Source of the DNA: Alphaproteobacteria bacterium
GTDB taxonomy: Bacteria > Pseudomonadota > Alphaproteobacteria > Bin95
Length of the DNA stretch: 64,000 nt
Direction of reading: 5' to 3'
Assembly (NCBI GenBank): GCA_965202745.1
Contig: CBDBCB010000021.1
Location: 326,295-390,294, forward strand
Part shown: positions 46,113 to 56,839 of the stretch, one piece after another
Position numbering within the stretch: the first letter of the stretch is position 1
Layout of the letters: each line of letters opens with the position of its first letter
Position numbers and translations under genes: made by a program
The notes under the pieces: model-generated
The model's input: only the letters and a program-made list of their open reading frames with translations
Databases searched by the model: none
What the model was told of the DNA's origin: nothing

Positions 46113-47879
46113 ATGGTGCCTGCGCCGGCTGCCGCGCCCCGCCCTGCCAGCGCGGCGGCCATGCGCGCGCGCCGTTGGCTGTTTCTGGCCCTGAATGTGG
46201 TGACGGTTTTCGCCTTGTTTGCGGCCATGGCGGTCATGATGGCCATGGGCGGATTGGATGCTGCGGAAGCCGTCATGCTGTTCGCCTATCTGCTGACCCT
46301 GCCGTGGCTCTCCATCGGTTTTTGGAACGGCGTTATCGGTTTCGTCATCGCTTTGCGTGCGAAGAATCCGGCGGCCTATGTCAATCCGGCAGCCGCCCGC
46401 GCGTCGGAGCAGGACCCGATCACTGCCCGCACCGCCATCGCCATGGCTGTCCGGCATGAGGATATTTCCGCCGTCATCGCCCGGCTGGAAACCATGCATC
46501 TGGACATTGTCCGGTCTGGCTGGGGCAGCCAGTTCGCCTTCCATGTGCTGAGCGACAGCGCCGATCCCGCCATTGTGGCCGACGAAGAAGCGCAGATCGC
46601 CGCCTGGAAGGCCCGCGCGCCCAGTATCGTGCCAGTCCACTACCGCCGCCGTACCGACAATAAGGGCTTCAAGGCCGGCAACATCGCCGACTTTTGCGAG
46701 ATCCACCACCGCAGCTATGACTTTTTTCTGCCGCTGGATGCCGACAGCCGCATGAGCGCAAACGCTATCTTGTGCCTGGTCCGCATCATGCAGGCCTCGC
46801 CGGAGATCGGCATTTTGCAGGGCCTGGTTGTGGGCTCGCCCTCCAAGACCTTCTTCACCCGGGCATTCCAGTTCGGCATGCGCCATGGCATGCGCTCCTT
46901 TACGCTGGGCTCCGCCTGGTGGCAGGGCGATTGCGGGCCGTTCTGGGGCCACAACGCCGTCATCCGCATGGCCCCGTTCCACCAGCATTGCCGCCTGCCG
47001 GTCATTCCCGGCAAGGGACCGCTGTCCGGTCACATCATGAGCCACGACCAGGTCGAGGCCGTTATGATGCGCAGCGGCGGCTACGAGGTGCGTGTATCGG
47101 CGATGGAAGACGAAAGCTTCGAGGAAAACCCGCCCTCTCTGCCGGATTTCATCAAGCGCGAGACCCGCTGGTGCCAGGGCAACATGCAGTACCTGAAGCT
47201 GCTGGGCATGCCGGGCTTGCTGCCTACCAGCCGTGTGCAACTGCTGCTGGCCATCCTGATGTATGTGAATGGCCCAGCCTGGTTCCTGTTCATCACCGCG
47301 GGCGCTGCGATGGCGGCCTTTACCGACCAGTTCGGCAGTATCCCGCTCGCCTATGGGCTCGGCCTCTTCGCCATCATCATGTTCTTCAACTTGACTCCCA
47401 AATTCATGGGCATGGCGCAGTCCTTTGCACAACGCTCGGTCGCCGGGATTTATGGCGGCCGGACCCGCATTGTGGCCGGTCTGGTGGGTGAGTTCATCTT
47501 CTCCACCCTGATTGCGCCGTGCGTGGCGTTCGCCATCACGATCTGCTGTGCTGGGCTGGGGCTGGGCAAGCGCATTAAGTGGGATGCCCAGCAGCGCTCG
47601 CGCGAGTTCCTCAGCCTGCGCGAGGCTGCGGTGACCCTTTGGCCGCAAACCCTCTATGGCTTTGTGTTGTTGGTGACGCTGGGCACGCTCGCGCCTTGGG
47701 CACTGTTATTCGGCTGTTTGATCGTAACGCCGCTTTGTCTGGCGATCCCGATTGCCAGTGGCACGACGCTGCCCGCCCTTGGCCGCCGCAGCCGCCAAGC
47801 CGGCTTGTTCGACATCCCGGAAGACCGCGCAGCACGGCAACCGGTGCTGATCGACGCGCCGACCGCTCAAGCCGCCTGA
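46113..47879 (+). CDS. opgH: glucans biosynthesis glucosyltransferase H (OpgH/MdoH)
   Basis: GT2 catalytic region (DADSRM, QGDCGPFWGHNAVIR, RWCQGNMQY) with multiple TM segments. The start codon is uncertain (46113 or 46160). Confidence 0.85.
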   Translation: MVPAPAAAPRPASAAAMRARRWLFLALNVVTVFALFAAMAVMMAMGGLDAAEAVMLFAYLLTLPWLSIGFWNGVIGFVIALRAKNPAAYVNPAAARASEQDPITARTAIAMAVRHEDISAVIARLETMHLDIVRSGWGSQFAFHVLSDSADPAIVADEEAQIAAWKARAPSIVPVHYRRRTDNKGFKAGNIADFCEIHHRSYDFFLPLDADSRMSANAILCLVRIMQASPEIGILQGLVVGSPSKTFFTRAFQFGMRHGMRSFTLGSAWWQGDCGPFWGHNAVIRMAPFHQHCRLPVIPGKGPLSGHIMSHDQVEAVMMRSGGYEVRVSAMEDESFEENPPSLPDFIKRETRWCQGNMQYLKLLGMPGLLPTSRVQLLLAILMYVNGPAWFLFITAGAAMAAFTDQFGSIPLAYGLGLFAIIMFFNLTPKFMGMAQSFAQRSVAGIYGGRTRIVAGLVGEFIFSTLIAPCVAFAITICCAGLGLGKRIKWDAQQRSREFLSLREAAVTLWPQTLYGFVLLVTLGTLAPWALLFGCLIVTPLCLAIPIASGTTLPALGRRSRQAGLFDIPEDRAARQPVLIDAPTAQAA

Positions 47880-47945
47880 AGCAGAGCGTCTGATCCTTTG
47901 GGATCGTGTGGCGCTCAGTAGGCCCAACGGAATTGGACCCAGGAC

Positions 47946-48530
47946 ATGTACAAAGCTATCGCCGCCGCCATCGTCTTGGCCCTGGTTTCATCCCAGGCCT
48001 ATGCGGAACCCAAGCGCTACCGCTTGGACCCCGACCACACGACGGTTGCGTTCCTGGTCGATCATCTGGGGTTTTCCCGTATCCTGGGCAGTTTCATCAG
48101 AGTGGAAGGCGGTTTCACATACGATGAAGCTGCCCAGGAACTCTCCGATCTGCGGGTTACGGTTCATACCAGCAGTGTCTACAGCGCCCACAAGGCTCGG
48201 GACGAGCACGTCCGCGGGCAAGACTTTCTGGATGTGAAGCGGCATCCGGAAATGGTGTTCGTAGCCGATAGCGGCACAGCGGAAGGGCCTAATCGAGGCA
48301 CCGTTTCCGGCCAGTTGACACTGCTTGGCCAGACACACCCCCTGACCCTGGCGGTCACGTTGAACAAGAGCGGTGTCTATCCCTTTGGCCACAAGCGCCA
48401 CACGTTAGGCATTTCAGCCCGCGGCGCTATCCAGCGCAGCTTTTATGGCATGACCTATGGCGTTGCTGCCGGGATGGTCGGCGATATGGTCCATATCATC
48501 ATTGAAACCGAGGCGTTGCAGCAGAATTAA
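47946..48530 (+). CDS. YceI-family periplasmic protein
   Basis: Signal peptide, YRLDPDHTTVAFLVDHLGFSRILGSF pattern. Confidence 0.8.
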   Translation: MYKAIAAAIVLALVSSQAYAEPKRYRLDPDHTTVAFLVDHLGFSRILGSFIRVEGGFTYDEAAQELSDLRVTVHTSSVYSAHKARDEHVRGQDFLDVKRHPEMVFVADSGTAEGPNRGTVSGQLTLLGQTHPLTLAVTLNKSGVYPFGHKRHTLGISARGAIQRSFYGMTYGVAAGMVGDMVHIIIETEALQQN

Positions 48531-48713
48531 CGCCACTCCCATCAGGCTCTGCACAGGCAGATATTGGGCGCTGGCAAGGCGGAACCGTCGGGCTGCCTTT
48601 GCAGCCCTTGCCAGGGTGGGAATACGTAAAATTACCAGTTTCGCGAATGATTATCATCTGTATGCTTCTTTCCGTTACGAATCGATACTAAAAAAACAAG
48701 GTGAGCGGTCTGT

Positions 48714-49151
48714 ATGATGACCGGGCCGGCCCCTAAAGAGACTGCCGACGCTGTTTGTACCCACTATGGGAACGATCCGGCGCTGCTCATTGAAATCCTG
48801 CATGACGTGCAGGATGCCCTCGGTCATGTGCCGGAAGCCTGTCTGTCTGAAATCGCCAAAGCGTTGAACATCGCCCGGGCCGAAGTGCACGGCGTGATGA
48901 GCTTCTATCACGATTTCCGCAGCGCGCCGGTCGATGGCGTGGTGGTCAAGCTCTGCCAGGCGGAGGCTTGCCAGGCCATGGGTGCCAAGGGCCTTGCTGC
49001 GGCGCTGGAGGGTCAGTCCGGATTGACCATTCAGCCGGCCTATTGCCTCGGCAATTGCGCGCTGGCGCCTGCTGCGATGCTGGACGGCCAGCTGATCGGC
49101 CGGGCGACGCCGGATAAGCTTGCCGCATTGGCGGCGGAGGCGGAGGCATGA
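48714..49151 (+). CDS. fdsG: NAD-dependent formate dehydrogenase gamma subunit (NuoE-like 2Fe-2S)
   Basis: Cys pattern CQAEAC...CLGNC. First gene of the fds operon. Confidence 0.85.
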   Translation: MMTGPAPKETADAVCTHYGNDPALLIEILHDVQDALGHVPEACLSEIAKALNIARAEVHGVMSFYHDFRSAPVDGVVVKLCQAEACQAMGAKGLAAALEGQSGLTIQPAYCLGNCALAPAAMLDGQLIGRATPDKLAALAAEAEA

Positions 49152-50692
49152 GCATCCGCGTCTATGTTCCCAAAGACTCGGCGGCGCGTTCCATTGGAGC
49201 GGACGAGGTTGCTGCCGCCATCGCCAATGAAGCACAGGCGCGAAGCTCTGCGGTGGAGATCGTGCGCAACGGCTCCCGCGGGCTCTTCTGGCTGGAGCCG
49301 CTGGTTGAGGTGGAGACGCCGGAAGGACGCCTCGCCTATGGCCCCGTTGAGGGGGCCGATGTGGCGAGCCTGTTCGATGCCGCGTTCCTGACTAGCGGCG
49401 CACATCCGTTGGCGTTAGGACTGACCGAGGAAATCCCTTACCTGAAAAACCAGGAACGCCTGACCTTTGCACGCGCTGGCTTATCTGACCCGCTCGACCT
49501 TGCTGCCTATGAAGCCAAAGGCGGCCTTGCCGGACTGCGCGCCGCACTGGCGATGGAGCCAGCAGCCATCTGCCAGCAGGTTTTGGACTCCGGTCTGCGG
49601 GGCCGCGGCGGGGCAGGCTTCCCGGCGGGCATCAAGTGGAAAACCGTCCTCGACCAGCCTGCCCAACCCAAATACGTCGCCTGCAATGCCGATGAGGGCG
49701 ACAGCGGTACCTTCGCCGACCGTCTCCTTATGGAAGCCGACCCCTTTGCCCTGTTGGAAGGCATGGCGATCGCAGGTCTCGCCACTGGCGCGGAGGAAGG
49801 CATCCTCTACATTCGCTCCGAATACCCGAACGCCATCGCCATGATGCGGAACGCCATCGGGGTGCTGGAGAGCGCTGGCTGGCTGGGCGAGAGCGTCGGC
49901 GGTTCCGGTAAGGTTTTCCGCGCTGTGGTCCGCCGCGGGGCTGGGGCCTATATCTGTGGCGAGGAAAGCGCGATGCTCAACAGCATCGAGGGCAAACGCG
50001 GCACCGCCCGCGCCAAGCCGCCTATCCCCGCCATCGCGGGTGCTTTCGGCAAGCCGACCCTGGTTAACAACGTACTGACGCTCGCCGCCGTACCAACGAT
50101 CATCGCCAAGGGCGCGGACTTCTATAAGGGCTTCGGCCAAGGCCGGTCGCTCGGCACGCAGGCGTTCCAGCTTGCGGGCAATATCAAACGCGGTGGCTTG
50201 GTGGAGAAGGCGTTCGGCGTCAGCCTCCGCGAATTGGTCGAGGATTTTGGCGGCGGCACGGCGACGGGCAGGCCCCTCCGCGCGCTGCAACTGGGCGGGC
50301 CATTGGGTGCCTATGCGAAAGCAGACATGCTGGACCTGCCTATGGACTATGAAGCGCTTGCCGCCGCGGGCCTGATGCTCGGCCATGGTGGCATCGTTGG
50401 GTTCGACGATACCGTGAACATGGCTCACATGGCCCGCTTCGCCTTTGAATTTTGCGCAATCGAAAGTTGTGGACAGTGCACGCCCTGCCGCGTCGGCGCG
50501 GTGCGCGGGCGCGAAACCATCGAGAAAATCATGGGCGGAGAGAACGTCGCCACCAATATCAGTCTGATCGAAGATCTGGGCGAACTGATGCGCGATGGCT
50601 CGCTCTGCGCCATGGGGGGGCTGACCCCCATGCCGGTGCTCTCCGCCATCCGCCTGTTTCCAGAGGACTTCCAGCGAGGAGCCGTCGAATGA
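49148..50692 (+). CDS. fdsB: NAD-dependent formate dehydrogenase beta subunit (NuoF-like; NAD/FMN/4Fe-4S)
   Basis: GRGGAGFPAGIKW, ICGEESAMLNSIEG, and CGQCTPCR. Its start overlaps the fdsG stop. Confidence 0.9.
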   Translation: MSIRVYVPKDSAARSIGADEVAAAIANEAQARSSAVEIVRNGSRGLFWLEPLVEVETPEGRLAYGPVEGADVASLFDAAFLTSGAHPLALGLTEEIPYLKNQERLTFARAGLSDPLDLAAYEAKGGLAGLRAALAMEPAAICQQVLDSGLRGRGGAGFPAGIKWKTVLDQPAQPKYVACNADEGDSGTFADRLLMEADPFALLEGMAIAGLATGAEEGILYIRSEYPNAIAMMRNAIGVLESAGWLGESVGGSGKVFRAVVRRGAGAYICGEESAMLNSIEGKRGTARAKPPIPAIAGAFGKPTLVNNVLTLAAVPTIIAKGADFYKGFGQGRSLGTQAFQLAGNIKRGGLVEKAFGVSLRELVEDFGGGTATGRPLRALQLGGPLGAYAKADMLDLPMDYEALAAAGLMLGHGGIVGFDDTVNMAHMARFAFEFCAIESCGQCTPCRVGAVRGRETIEKIMGGENVATNISLIEDLGELMRDGSLCAMGGLTPMPVLSAIRLFPEDFQRGAVE

Positions 50693-53541
50693 CCATTCTC
50701 CGCGAACCCGACCACGGCACACCCGCCCGCGAAGGCGCGCCGGTCTCCCTCTGGATAGACGGAGCGGAAATCACCGTGCCCGCGGGTACCTCCGTCATGC
50801 ACGCGGCCTCCCTGGCGGACCGCAAGGTGCCGAAGCTCTGCTCCACCGACAGCCTGGAGGCCTGGGGCTCCTGCCGGATGTGCCTGGTGGAGATTGAGGG
50901 CATGAAGGGCACGCCCGCCTCCTGCACCACCCCCGTGGCCGAGGGTATGCGTGTCACCACCCAGAACGACCGGCTCTCCCGCCTGCGCAAGGGCGTGATG
51001 GAGCTGTATATCTCTGACCATCCGCTCGACTGCCTGACCTGCGCCGCCAACGGCGACTGCGAGTTGCAGGACACCGCGGGCGAAGTGGGCCTGCGCGATG
51101 TGCGCTATGGCATGGCGGGCGAGAACCATTTTGACGAGGCCTGCAAGGTCGAGCCGGACGTTTCCAACCCCTATTTCCAGTACGATCCGGCAAAGTGCAT
51201 TGTTTGCTCCCGCTGCGTCCGCGCCTGCGAGGAAGTGCAAGGCACCTTTGCGCTGACCATCGAAGGCCGGGGCTTTGAGAGCCGCGTGTCGCCCGGCATC
51301 GCGTCTGACGATTTCTTTTCCTCAGATTGTGTTTCCTGCGGCGCGTGCGTCCAGGCCTGCCCGACGGCGACTCTCCAAGAAAAGTCCGTTATCGAGCACG
51401 GCACCCCGCAGCGCACGGTGCTCACCACCTGCGCCTATTGCGGCGTCGGCTGCTCGTTTAAGGCGGAGTTGCAGGGCGAAAAAGTGGTCCGCATGGTACC
51501 GCACAAGGATGGCGGCGCGAACGAGGGCCATTCCTGCGTGAAGGGCCGCTTCGCCTGGGGCTATGCCACCCACGCGGACCGCATCACCACACCCATGGTG
51601 CGCGATGCGATCACTGATCCCTGGCGGCCGGTTTCCTGGGATGAGGCCATCGCTTTCGCAGCGGACCGGCTCAAGGTCATCCAGGCCGAGCATGGCGCCG
51701 GCGCCATCGGCGGCATTACTTCCAGCCGCTGCACGAACGAGGAAGTCTATGTCGTCCAAAAGATGATCCGGGCCGCCTTCGGCAACAACAACGTGGATAC
51801 CTGCGCCCGTGTCTGCCACTCGCCGACAGGCTATGGCCTGAAACAGACCTTCGGCACGTCCGCAGGCACCCAGGACTTCAAGTCGGTGGAAAAAGCCGAC
51901 GTCATTCTGCTGATCGGTGCGAACCCGACCGACGCGCATCCCGTTTTTGCCTCCCGCATGAAAAAACGCCTGCGCGAGGGTGCTCAGATCATCGTCTGCG
52001 ATCCGCGCCGCATCGACCTGGTGCGCACGCCGCACATCCAGGCGGCCCATCACCTGCAACTGCGCCCCGGCACCAACGTCGCGCTGATGAACGCCATAGG
52101 CCACACCATCGTCACCGAGGGGTTGGTGGATGAGGCGTTTGTGGCGGAGCGGTGCGATATGGCGGAGTTCGCCCGCTGGCGCGCCTTCATCGCGGAAGAG
52201 CGCAATAGCCCGGAAGCGCTTGGCCCTGCCATCGGCGTACCGGCGGAAGAGCTACGCGCGGCGGCGAGGCTCTACGCCACCAGCGGCAACACCGCGATCT
52301 ACTACGGCCTGGGCGTGACCGAGCACTCCCAAGGCTCCACCATGGTCATGGCCATGGCGAACCTGGCCATGGCGACCGGCAATATCGGGCGCGAGGGCGT
52401 CGGCATCAATCCGCTGCGCGGCCAGAACAACGTGCAGGGCTCCTGCGATATGGGCAGCTTCCCGCACGAACTGCCCGGCTACCGCCATGTCAGCGAAGAT
52501 GGCCCCCGCGCTGAGTTTGAGGCGGACTGGGGCGTCGGTCTGCTATCGGAGCCGGGCCTGCGCATCCCCAACATGTTCGCCTCCGCCATTGACGGCAGCT
52601 TCCGCGGCCTGTTCGTCCAGGGGGAAGATATTGCCCAATCCGATCCTAATACGGCGCATGTGGAAGAGGCGCTCAGGGCGCTAGATTGCCTGATCGTGCA
52701 GGATCTGTTCCTGAACGAGACAGCGGCCTATGCCCATGTCTTCCTGCCGGGCACCAGTTTCCTGGAGAAAGATGGCACCTTCACCAATGCCGAGCGGCGC
52801 ATCAACCGCGTGCGGCCGGTCATGACGGAAGCCTCCGGTCTCAGTGAGTGGAAAGCCGTCTGCCGTCTAGCGGAAGCTATGGGCTACCCCATGCACTATG
52901 CCAGCGCAGCGGAAATCATGACGGAGATCGCCCGCCTGACCCCAACGTTCGCGGGCGTCAGCCACGCAAGGCTGGATGCGGAAGGTTCCCTGCAATGGCC
53001 GGTGAACGCGCAGCACCCGGACGGCGTGCCGATCATGCATGTGGATGGCTTCGTCATCGGCAAGGGCAAGTTCGTGCTGACCGAGTACGTACCGACCGAG
53101 GAGCGTTCGAACCGCCGCTACCCGCTGATCCTGACCACGGGACGTATCCTCAGTCAATACAACGTGGGGCAGCAGACGCGCCGGACCGAGAACACGCGCT
53201 GGCACGAGCAGGACGTGCTGGAAATCCACGCCCACGATGCGGAGGAGCGGGGCATTGCCGATGGCGACGTGATCGCCATCACCAGCCGTATGGGCGCCAC
53301 TACTCTGCGAGCGGAGATCAGTGACCGCGTGCCGGAAGGCGTCGTCTATACCACCTTCCACCATCCGCTGACGGGCGCGAACGTGATCACCACCGACTAT
53401 TCCGACTGGGCCACCAACTGCCCAGAATACAAGGTGACGGCGGTGCAGGTCAGCCCGACCAACCGCCGCTCCACGTGGCAGGAAGAGCATGCGGAGCAAC
53501 AAACGAGCCACTATTTGGTAACCGCTCCGGCGGCGGAGTGA
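50689..53541 (+). CDS. fdsA: formate dehydrogenase alpha subunit (molybdopterin, Cys-type)
   Basis: 2Fe-2S and 4Fe-4S ferredoxin modules, CxxCxxxC...C, and the Mo-ligand region RVCHSPTGYGL with Cys rather than Sec. The ATG overlaps the fdsB stop (ATGA). Confidence 0.9.
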   Translation: MTILREPDHGTPAREGAPVSLWIDGAEITVPAGTSVMHAASLADRKVPKLCSTDSLEAWGSCRMCLVEIEGMKGTPASCTTPVAEGMRVTTQNDRLSRLRKGVMELYISDHPLDCLTCAANGDCELQDTAGEVGLRDVRYGMAGENHFDEACKVEPDVSNPYFQYDPAKCIVCSRCVRACEEVQGTFALTIEGRGFESRVSPGIASDDFFSSDCVSCGACVQACPTATLQEKSVIEHGTPQRTVLTTCAYCGVGCSFKAELQGEKVVRMVPHKDGGANEGHSCVKGRFAWGYATHADRITTPMVRDAITDPWRPVSWDEAIAFAADRLKVIQAEHGAGAIGGITSSRCTNEEVYVVQKMIRAAFGNNNVDTCARVCHSPTGYGLKQTFGTSAGTQDFKSVEKADVILLIGANPTDAHPVFASRMKKRLREGAQIIVCDPRRIDLVRTPHIQAAHHLQLRPGTNVALMNAIGHTIVTEGLVDEAFVAERCDMAEFARWRAFIAEERNSPEALGPAIGVPAEELRAAARLYATSGNTAIYYGLGVTEHSQGSTMVMAMANLAMATGNIGREGVGINPLRGQNNVQGSCDMGSFPHELPGYRHVSEDGPRAEFEADWGVGLLSEPGLRIPNMFASAIDGSFRGLFVQGEDIAQSDPNTAHVEEALRALDCLIVQDLFLNETAAYAHVFLPGTSFLEKDGTFTNAERRINRVRPVMTEASGLSEWKAVCRLAEAMGYPMHYASAAEIMTEIARLTPTFAGVSHARLDAEGSLQWPVNAQHPDGVPIMHVDGFVIGKGKFVLTEYVPTEERSNRRYPLILTTGRILSQYNVGQQTRRTENTRWHEQDVLEIHAHDAEERGIADGDVIAITSRMGATTLRAEISDRVPEGVVYTTFHHPLTGANVITTDYSDWATNCPEYKVTAVQVSPTNRRSTWQEEHAEQQTSHYLVTAPAAE

Positions 53542-54350
53542 CGGCTTTGGTGGAAATCCGCCGCGCACTATCAGAAGCGCCGGAAGTATCACCGCAAGCT
53601 GCCGGCCGGTTGCTGCGGGCGGGCGGGGCGGAGGCCGCGGTCTGGCACGTGGCAGAGGAAGCGCCGGTAGCCGTACTGCTCAACGGCCAGAACTTTGCCG
53701 TCATGATGATGACACCTGCCGACCTGGAAGACTTCGCCGTCGGCTTTGCGCTGACAGAGGACATCGTGCGTCATGCAAGCGAGATTGAGAGCCTGCGTGT
53801 GGGCGAGGCTTCAGACGGCCTGTTGCTGAACCTGAAAATCGCGCCGGGCCGCCTGCAAGCCGCCGAAGACCGCCGCCGGACGTTTGCCGGGCGGGCCGGT
53901 TGCGGGATTTGCGGGGCGCAGACCATCGCCGCTGCCCTGCCCCGGCCGCCGCGGGTTGCGGGCGCGCTGCCTGGGCTGGCGGCGCTGGAGGCAGCCTATG
54001 CGGCGCTCGGGCCGGCGCAGAGCATGAACCTGGCCAATCACACCACCCACGCGGCGGCGTTTTGCGGCTTGGACGGTGCAATCCGGACGATCCGGGAGGA
54101 TATCGGCCGCCACAATGCGCTCGACAAGCTGGCGGGCGCGCTGGTGCGGGGCGGCCATGATGCATCCGGCGGCTTCGTGCTGTTATCAAGCCGTGTCAGT
54201 GTGGAGATGGTGCAGAAAGCAGCTGCCATTGGCACGCCTGCCCTTGCCGCGATTTCCGCCCCCAGCGCCATGGCTTTGCGCACAGCCGCCGCAGCAGGCA
54301 TGACGGTCTATGCCCGGAGCACCAATGGCGTGATGGAGTTCGCCCCATGA
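53538..54350 (+). CDS. fdhD: formate dehydrogenase accessory sulfurtransferase FdhD
   Basis: GCGICG motif. The GTG start overlaps the fdsA stop (GTGA). Confidence 0.85.
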   Translation: MTALVEIRRALSEAPEVSPQAAGRLLRAGGAEAAVWHVAEEAPVAVLLNGQNFAVMMMTPADLEDFAVGFALTEDIVRHASEIESLRVGEASDGLLLNLKIAPGRLQAAEDRRRTFAGRAGCGICGAQTIAAALPRPPRVAGALPGLAALEAAYAALGPAQSMNLANHTTHAAAFCGLDGAIRTIREDIGRHNALDKLAGALVRGGHDASGGFVLLSSRVSVEMVQKAAAIGTPALAAISAPSAMALRTAAAAGMTVYARSTNGVMEFAP

Positions 54351-54553
54351 GCGGAAATACTATGGTACGTATGGCCAACGAGATCGCTGCCAATTTCGGC
54401 GCCTTGGATGAGGCCAAAGCGACAGCGGAAACCGCGGGCCACATACGCCGCTTTTGGGAGCCGCGTATGCGGGCAGAGCTGAAGCGGCTGACGGCTGAGG
54501 GGCAGACCAGCGGCTTGGAGCCGGTAGCGCGCAAAGCGGTGGACGATATTTAA
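54347..54553 (+). CDS. fdsD: formate dehydrogenase delta subunit FdsD
   Basis: 68 aa, MANEIAANFGAL pattern. Its start overlaps the fdhD stop. Confidence 0.7.
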   Translation: MSGNTMVRMANEIAANFGALDEAKATAETAGHIRRFWEPRMRAELKRLTAEGQTSGLEPVARKAVDDI

Positions 54554-54609
54554 TAGGTCGCTGGTTTTATTGACTTTTTAGGGCCGGTCAGTGTCCCCTA
54601 CCGATGGGT

Positions 54610-55524
54610 TCACTTGCCCCAGCGCAAGGCTACCGGGTCAAGGGACCTGGCCAGTTCCAGCAGACCTGCGCGGGTAGCAGGCGGCAGCGGGTCTAGCGGG
54701 TGGCGGACGCGGTTGGACTTGATCACACCGCCTTCCATCATCACCGTCTTGCAGGCGCGCAGGCCACACTGGCCGTTCTCGAAATTGATCAGGGGCAGGA
54801 TACGGTTGTACTGAGCCATCGCGCCCGCTCGGTCGCCCGCAGCGAAGGCGGTCAGCACCGGCTTGATCAGGTCCGGCAGAGTGGCGCTGGGCATTGTGCC
54901 GGTCGCGCCCGCGTCGAGGTCGGCCATCAGCGTGATGCTTTCTTCCCCATCGAACGGGCCGTCGATGGCGTCGCCCGCCGCCGCAATCACGGCGCGCAGC
55001 TTGTCAGCGGTCTGGGGCGTTTCGATCTTCAGGTAGGCGACGTTGGGTATTTCTCTGGCCATCCGCGCCAGGAACGGCACGGAAAGCGCCACGCCAGACA
55101 GCGGCGCATCCTGAACCATCAGTGGCAGGCCCACATCGCCCGCACGCTGGAACTGGTCGAAAGTCTGCTGCTCCGAGCCCTTCAGCAGAGTGCCATGGTA
55201 GGGCGGCATCAGCATGATCATGGCCGCGCCCAAGTCCTTGGCCCGCTGCACGCGCTGTACCACTATGCCTGTCGAAAAGTGCGAGCAGGTGGCGATAACC
55301 GGCACCCGGCCCGCCACGTGCTCCAGCGAAAGTTTCAGCAGCTGATCGCGTTCAGCGTCCGAAATCAGGAATTGCTCGGAATAATTGGCCAGCACGCAGA
55401 TTCCATCCACACCCTGGTCAATCATACAGTCGAGCACCCGCATCATGCCTTCCAAATCAAGGCTTTCGTCGTCGTGAAACGGCACAGGTGCGATGGGATA
55501 TACACCGGTATAGGGCTTGGACAT
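54610..55524 (-). CDS. dihydrodipicolinate synthase / N-acetylneuraminate lyase family (DapA-like) class I aldolase
   Basis: Pattern (GVDGICVLANYSE...) and a Schiff-base lysine region (YLKIETPQ). Confidence 0.8.
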   Translation of the reverse strand: MSKPYTGVYPIAPVPFHDDESLDLEGMMRVLDCMIDQGVDGICVLANYSEQFLISDAERDQLLKLSLEHVAGRVPVIATCSHFSTGIVVQRVQRAKDLGAAMIMLMPPYHGTLLKGSEQQTFDQFQRAGDVGLPLMVQDAPLSGVALSVPFLARMAREIPNVAYLKIETPQTADKLRAVIAAAGDAIDGPFDGEESITLMADLDAGATGTMPSATLPDLIKPVLTAFAAGDRAGAMAQYNRILPLINFENGQCGLRACKTVMMEGGVIKSNRVRHPLDPLPPATRAGLLELARSLDPVALRWGK

Positions 55525-55689
55525 CGGAGGGTACTTTCCAGCATGGGCGATAGCGGACTGGCCTAGGGGTAAGCGATATCTCATAATGGGGGAAGCCCCT
55601 GCGGTAGGCAGCTGGCGAACCCGGTTGGCCCCAACGAAAGATGCTGCCTTTGCGACTGCCACGTCCCATGTTCCTTTCCCGCTGGATCG

Positions 55690-56530
55690 CTTTCGATGCG
55701 GCCATTGAACCGTTCGACCATACCGTTGGTCTGAGGTGACCTAGGCGGCGTCAGGCGATGATCGATATCGAGGGCGGCGCCCAGCGTGTCGCATTCATGC
55801 GCGCCTGTTGCGGCGCGCTGGCGCAGACCGAAGAGGCGATCCGTGAACTCTTTTCCATTATCCGGGAGTATGGGGCGGATCCGCATCGGGCAGGCGCGCT
55901 CCAGGGCGCGCAGGAAGCGCCGGGCATTGGCCGCTGTCTTGCTGTTGTAGACCCTGACAACAACCCAACGCGTTGCCCTGTCGATGGCCACGAAGAGGGA
56001 ACGGCGGCGGCTCTCATCTGCCATCGGTGGCAGGTATTTCAGGTCGATGGGGATGGAACCGGGTTCATAGGCTTTGAAGGCGCTGTGCTTTGGCCGGGGC
56101 GATGCTGCTTTCAGGGCGCGCAGGGCCCCCACGCCATGCCGACGCAAGCAGCGGTCAAGGCCAGAGCGGGAGGCCTTCGGGTTCAAGAACTCGCGCACCA
56201 CCGCCAGCAGATCATCCAGCGAGACCAAAAGCGTCTTGCGGAGGGCCACGGCGACAGCTTCCTGCGCTGGCGTCAACGTCGTCTGAAGGCGATGGGGCGT
56301 GTGGCTGCGATCCTCCACGCTGGCACGCTGGCGCCATTTCCATACGGTCTGTTCCGTGGTCCCGTGACGCTCGGCAAGAACCCACGCAGGGTCGTCACTG
56401 GCCTGTATGGCTGCCCTGATCTTCGGTGGCGTGTGAAGCTTGATCACCATGTCGCTCTCCCATCCCGCGCCTCGGTCAAAACACAGCGTGCCATGAAAAA
56501 CGCAGAGCGACGAGGGGCTATCCGATCAGC
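55690..56530 (-). mobile_element. IS481-family element copy 2, 3'-truncated; the internal transposase (55690-56450) lacks 4 codons relative to copies 1 and 3 and loses its C-terminus
   Basis: Left end ...GCTATCCGATCAGCCGGGATGGAACA at 56530. The ORF diverges after ERFNGRIE. Confidence 0.8.
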
Positions 56531-56839
56531 CGGGATGGAACAGATAGAAGGCCAGGCCGGTTGGCAAAGCCGGCAGCCAAATGGCCAGTTGCTCGCCCCA
56601 CCCCATGACGCCAGCGGCCACACTTGGCATCATCCGGACAACATGCTGTTTGCGGTCGTCAAATTCGGCTCATCCGCAGTGAGTGGCCAGCCGCTGGAGA
56701 CCAGCATGCCCATGTTCAACGACATACTGGGCGACCAGGAGATCGCCGCAGTGCTGGCCTATATAAAAAGCACCTGGCCAACGGAAATTCGCGCAAAGCA
56801 TGACGCCTTGAATGAGCGCATGCCCCAAACGGGAAAATG
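56531..56839 (+). pseudogene. C-terminal fragment of a c-type cytochrome gene, cut by IS481 copy 2
   Basis: Ends ...MFNDILGDQEIAAVLAYIKSTWP..., the typical C-terminus of a class I cytochrome c. The reading frame continues into the IS end. Confidence 0.55.
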
